The notes under the pieces are model-generated. The model worked only from the letters and a program-made list of their open reading frames with translations. It had not been told where the DNA came from and made no database searches. The position numbers and the translations under genes were made by a program. 64,000 bases of DNA from Octopus sinensis (lineage: Eukaryota): the NCBI RefSeq assembly GCF_006345805.1, contig NC_043016.1, forward strand, positions 31,992,001-32,056,000, written 5' to 3'. Of this stretch, positions 62,170 through 64,000 are shown piece after piece. The number at the start of each line of letters is the position of its first letter. The stretch's first letter is position 1.

Positions 62170-63720
62170 GTTTGCAAAGAAACATTTAATTATTCTATGA
62201 ATACATGTTTCCAAACTAATGACTGTTCTGGTTCCAAGCTCTGCTGATAACACTAAGCAATAGAATTACAATCATCAAAGATTATTTCATTCAATATTTG
62301 TGTATATTCTCGTTCAATATCCTCCTTCAATTCGTTGCCAGTTTTGTAGAGTAAACTTTATTTTACGAGTATTTCCATAAAAATGCCTTGTGCTAATGAG
62401 GTCCAGTGATCACAGGGGCTACTCTACTGAACCTCCTCTTCCCAAGCCATCTGTTTAGCAAAATCATCTAGGTAGACCTTTACATTTGCTTTGCAACCAC
62501 CTGACTTCTGTGGAGGTGCATGGCTTAGTGGTTAGGGGTGTTGGACTCAAGATCATAAGATTGTGGTCTCGATTCCTGGACTAGGTGATGCATTGTGTCC
62601 TTGAGTGAAACACTTCATTTTATGTTGCTCCAATCAACTCAAATGGCAAAAATTAGTAATCTGGTATCCTGTCCAGGTGAGGATTTATATGCCATGGAAA
62701 CTGGCCCTTATGAGTCAGCATGACTTGAGAAGATAACTTTAACCTTTTAGTGAAGGGATGTGGCTTAGTGGTTGGGGTGTAGGACTCCTGATTTTTAAGA
62801 TTGTGGTTTCAGTTCCCGGACCGGGTGATGTGTCATATTTTTGAGCAAAGCACTTCGTTTCACATTGCTCCAGTCGGCATAACTCGAGAAGGTAACTTTA
62901 CCTACTTTTTTTACATTACCATGGTTTGTTAGGGCACCCCCATCTTGCTGGAAATAAAGCTCCACATCTTCAAAGACCCTTTGAATGCTTGGCATGACAG
63001 ATGTCACAGCACATTTAAGGTCATGGGATCATCCACAGAACTATTAAAATGAATGGTTCAGTTAACCCTTTTGATAATAAACCACAATCATACAGTAACT
63101 CCTGATAAATTAACATGATATGTAAATTCTCATTTCCCCAGTGGGAGCAACTGTGATCATTAATTGTGCCATTTCATTTAAATATAGCCTCATTATTCCA
63201 AATAATCTTTGTTGGATGTATGCATCTTTTACACATCTTACCAAGTACCACTCATAAAACACCCCTCTTTCACCTAGATCATCTTCACTGAGAGCATGGA
63301 TCATTCTTTGAATGTAACTTTTCCAATGAATGCTTCAAAATGAAATAAACGTTTGATTTTGAAATTCCAGTCTCAAGACTTGCTTGCTGCACAGATTTTC
63401 TTGAACTCTGTCAACAAGTTTCTTATTTCTTTATTGCCCACAAGGGGCTACACAGGGAGGGGACAAACAAGGACAGACAAACAGATTAAGTCGATTATAT
63501 TGACCCCAATGCGTAACTGGTACTTATTTAAACGACCCCGAAAGGAGGAAGGGCAAATTCGACCTTGGCGGAATTTGAACTCAGAATGTAACAGCAGACG
63601 AAATACCGCTAAGCACTTTGCCTGGCATGCTAATGTTTCTGCCAGCTCCCTGCCTTACTCTGGCAACAAGTTTCTAGGACCCTTCCTTGCATTGTAGAAC
63701 TTGTTGATGCCCACCAGCTT
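62170..63720 (-). pseudogene. Decayed Tc1/IS630-like transposase interrupted by three SINEs
   Basis: IHALSEDD..R..F.EW, LYFQQDGGA and a degenerate PxDL..FxW...KVY segment, in the expected order on the - strand. Confidence 0.65.
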
Positions 63721-64000
63721 CTAGAATGTTCCTTGTGGACATTCTGAACAGTTAAATTTATCTACGTTCAGATGAAGTACTGAAGGGTGATGGACGACAG
63801 ACAAAGTGCTGAAGGATGACGGACAGAGTGCTGAAGGATGATGGATGAAGCACTGAAGGATGACTTCAGGACACTGAACCTTTCAGATGAGGTGACAAAG
63901 GACTGAGATGCTGTACGCAAGAAGATGAGTACACAACAGCAGAAATGTTAAGGCCACCCTCACTGGGGAAGAGCATTGGCCTGCAAGGGTTCAGTGCCAG

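Overview
AT-rich, repeat-dense animal genomic DNA with spliceosomal introns. The SINE/RTE/microsatellite content suggests an octopus (inference from repeat families). The only host gene I can support is UBL3 (membrane-anchored ubiquitin-fold protein): its last two coding exons lie on + (16085-16159, 18842-18903), end in a CCIIL CAAX box and are followed by an apparently TE-free, long 3'UTR. Upstream exons were not found. The rest is layered mobile DNA: tRNA-derived SINEs, RTE, CR1/L2, Tx1/L1 and R4/Dong-type LINE fossils, mariner/Tc1, Merlin, hAT and piggyBac-like MITEs, Helitron-like elements, Penelope-like fragments and microsatellites. Nearly all supplied ORFs are microsatellite or TE artefacts. 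The most notable signal is a dispersed set of hammerhead-ribozyme-like motifs (CTGANGA...GAA(A)-palindrome-UH). Most have very long stem II inserts, several sit inside 250-310 bp foldback elements, and Penelope RT and GIY-YIG remnants occur in the same window. Other notable structures are a 12 x 109-bp minisatellite grown from a LINE 3'UTR inside the last UBL3 intron, a SINE with a ~140-bp flanking direct duplication, and a ~1.6-kb tandem duplication. All calls are by eye; no searches or folding were run.
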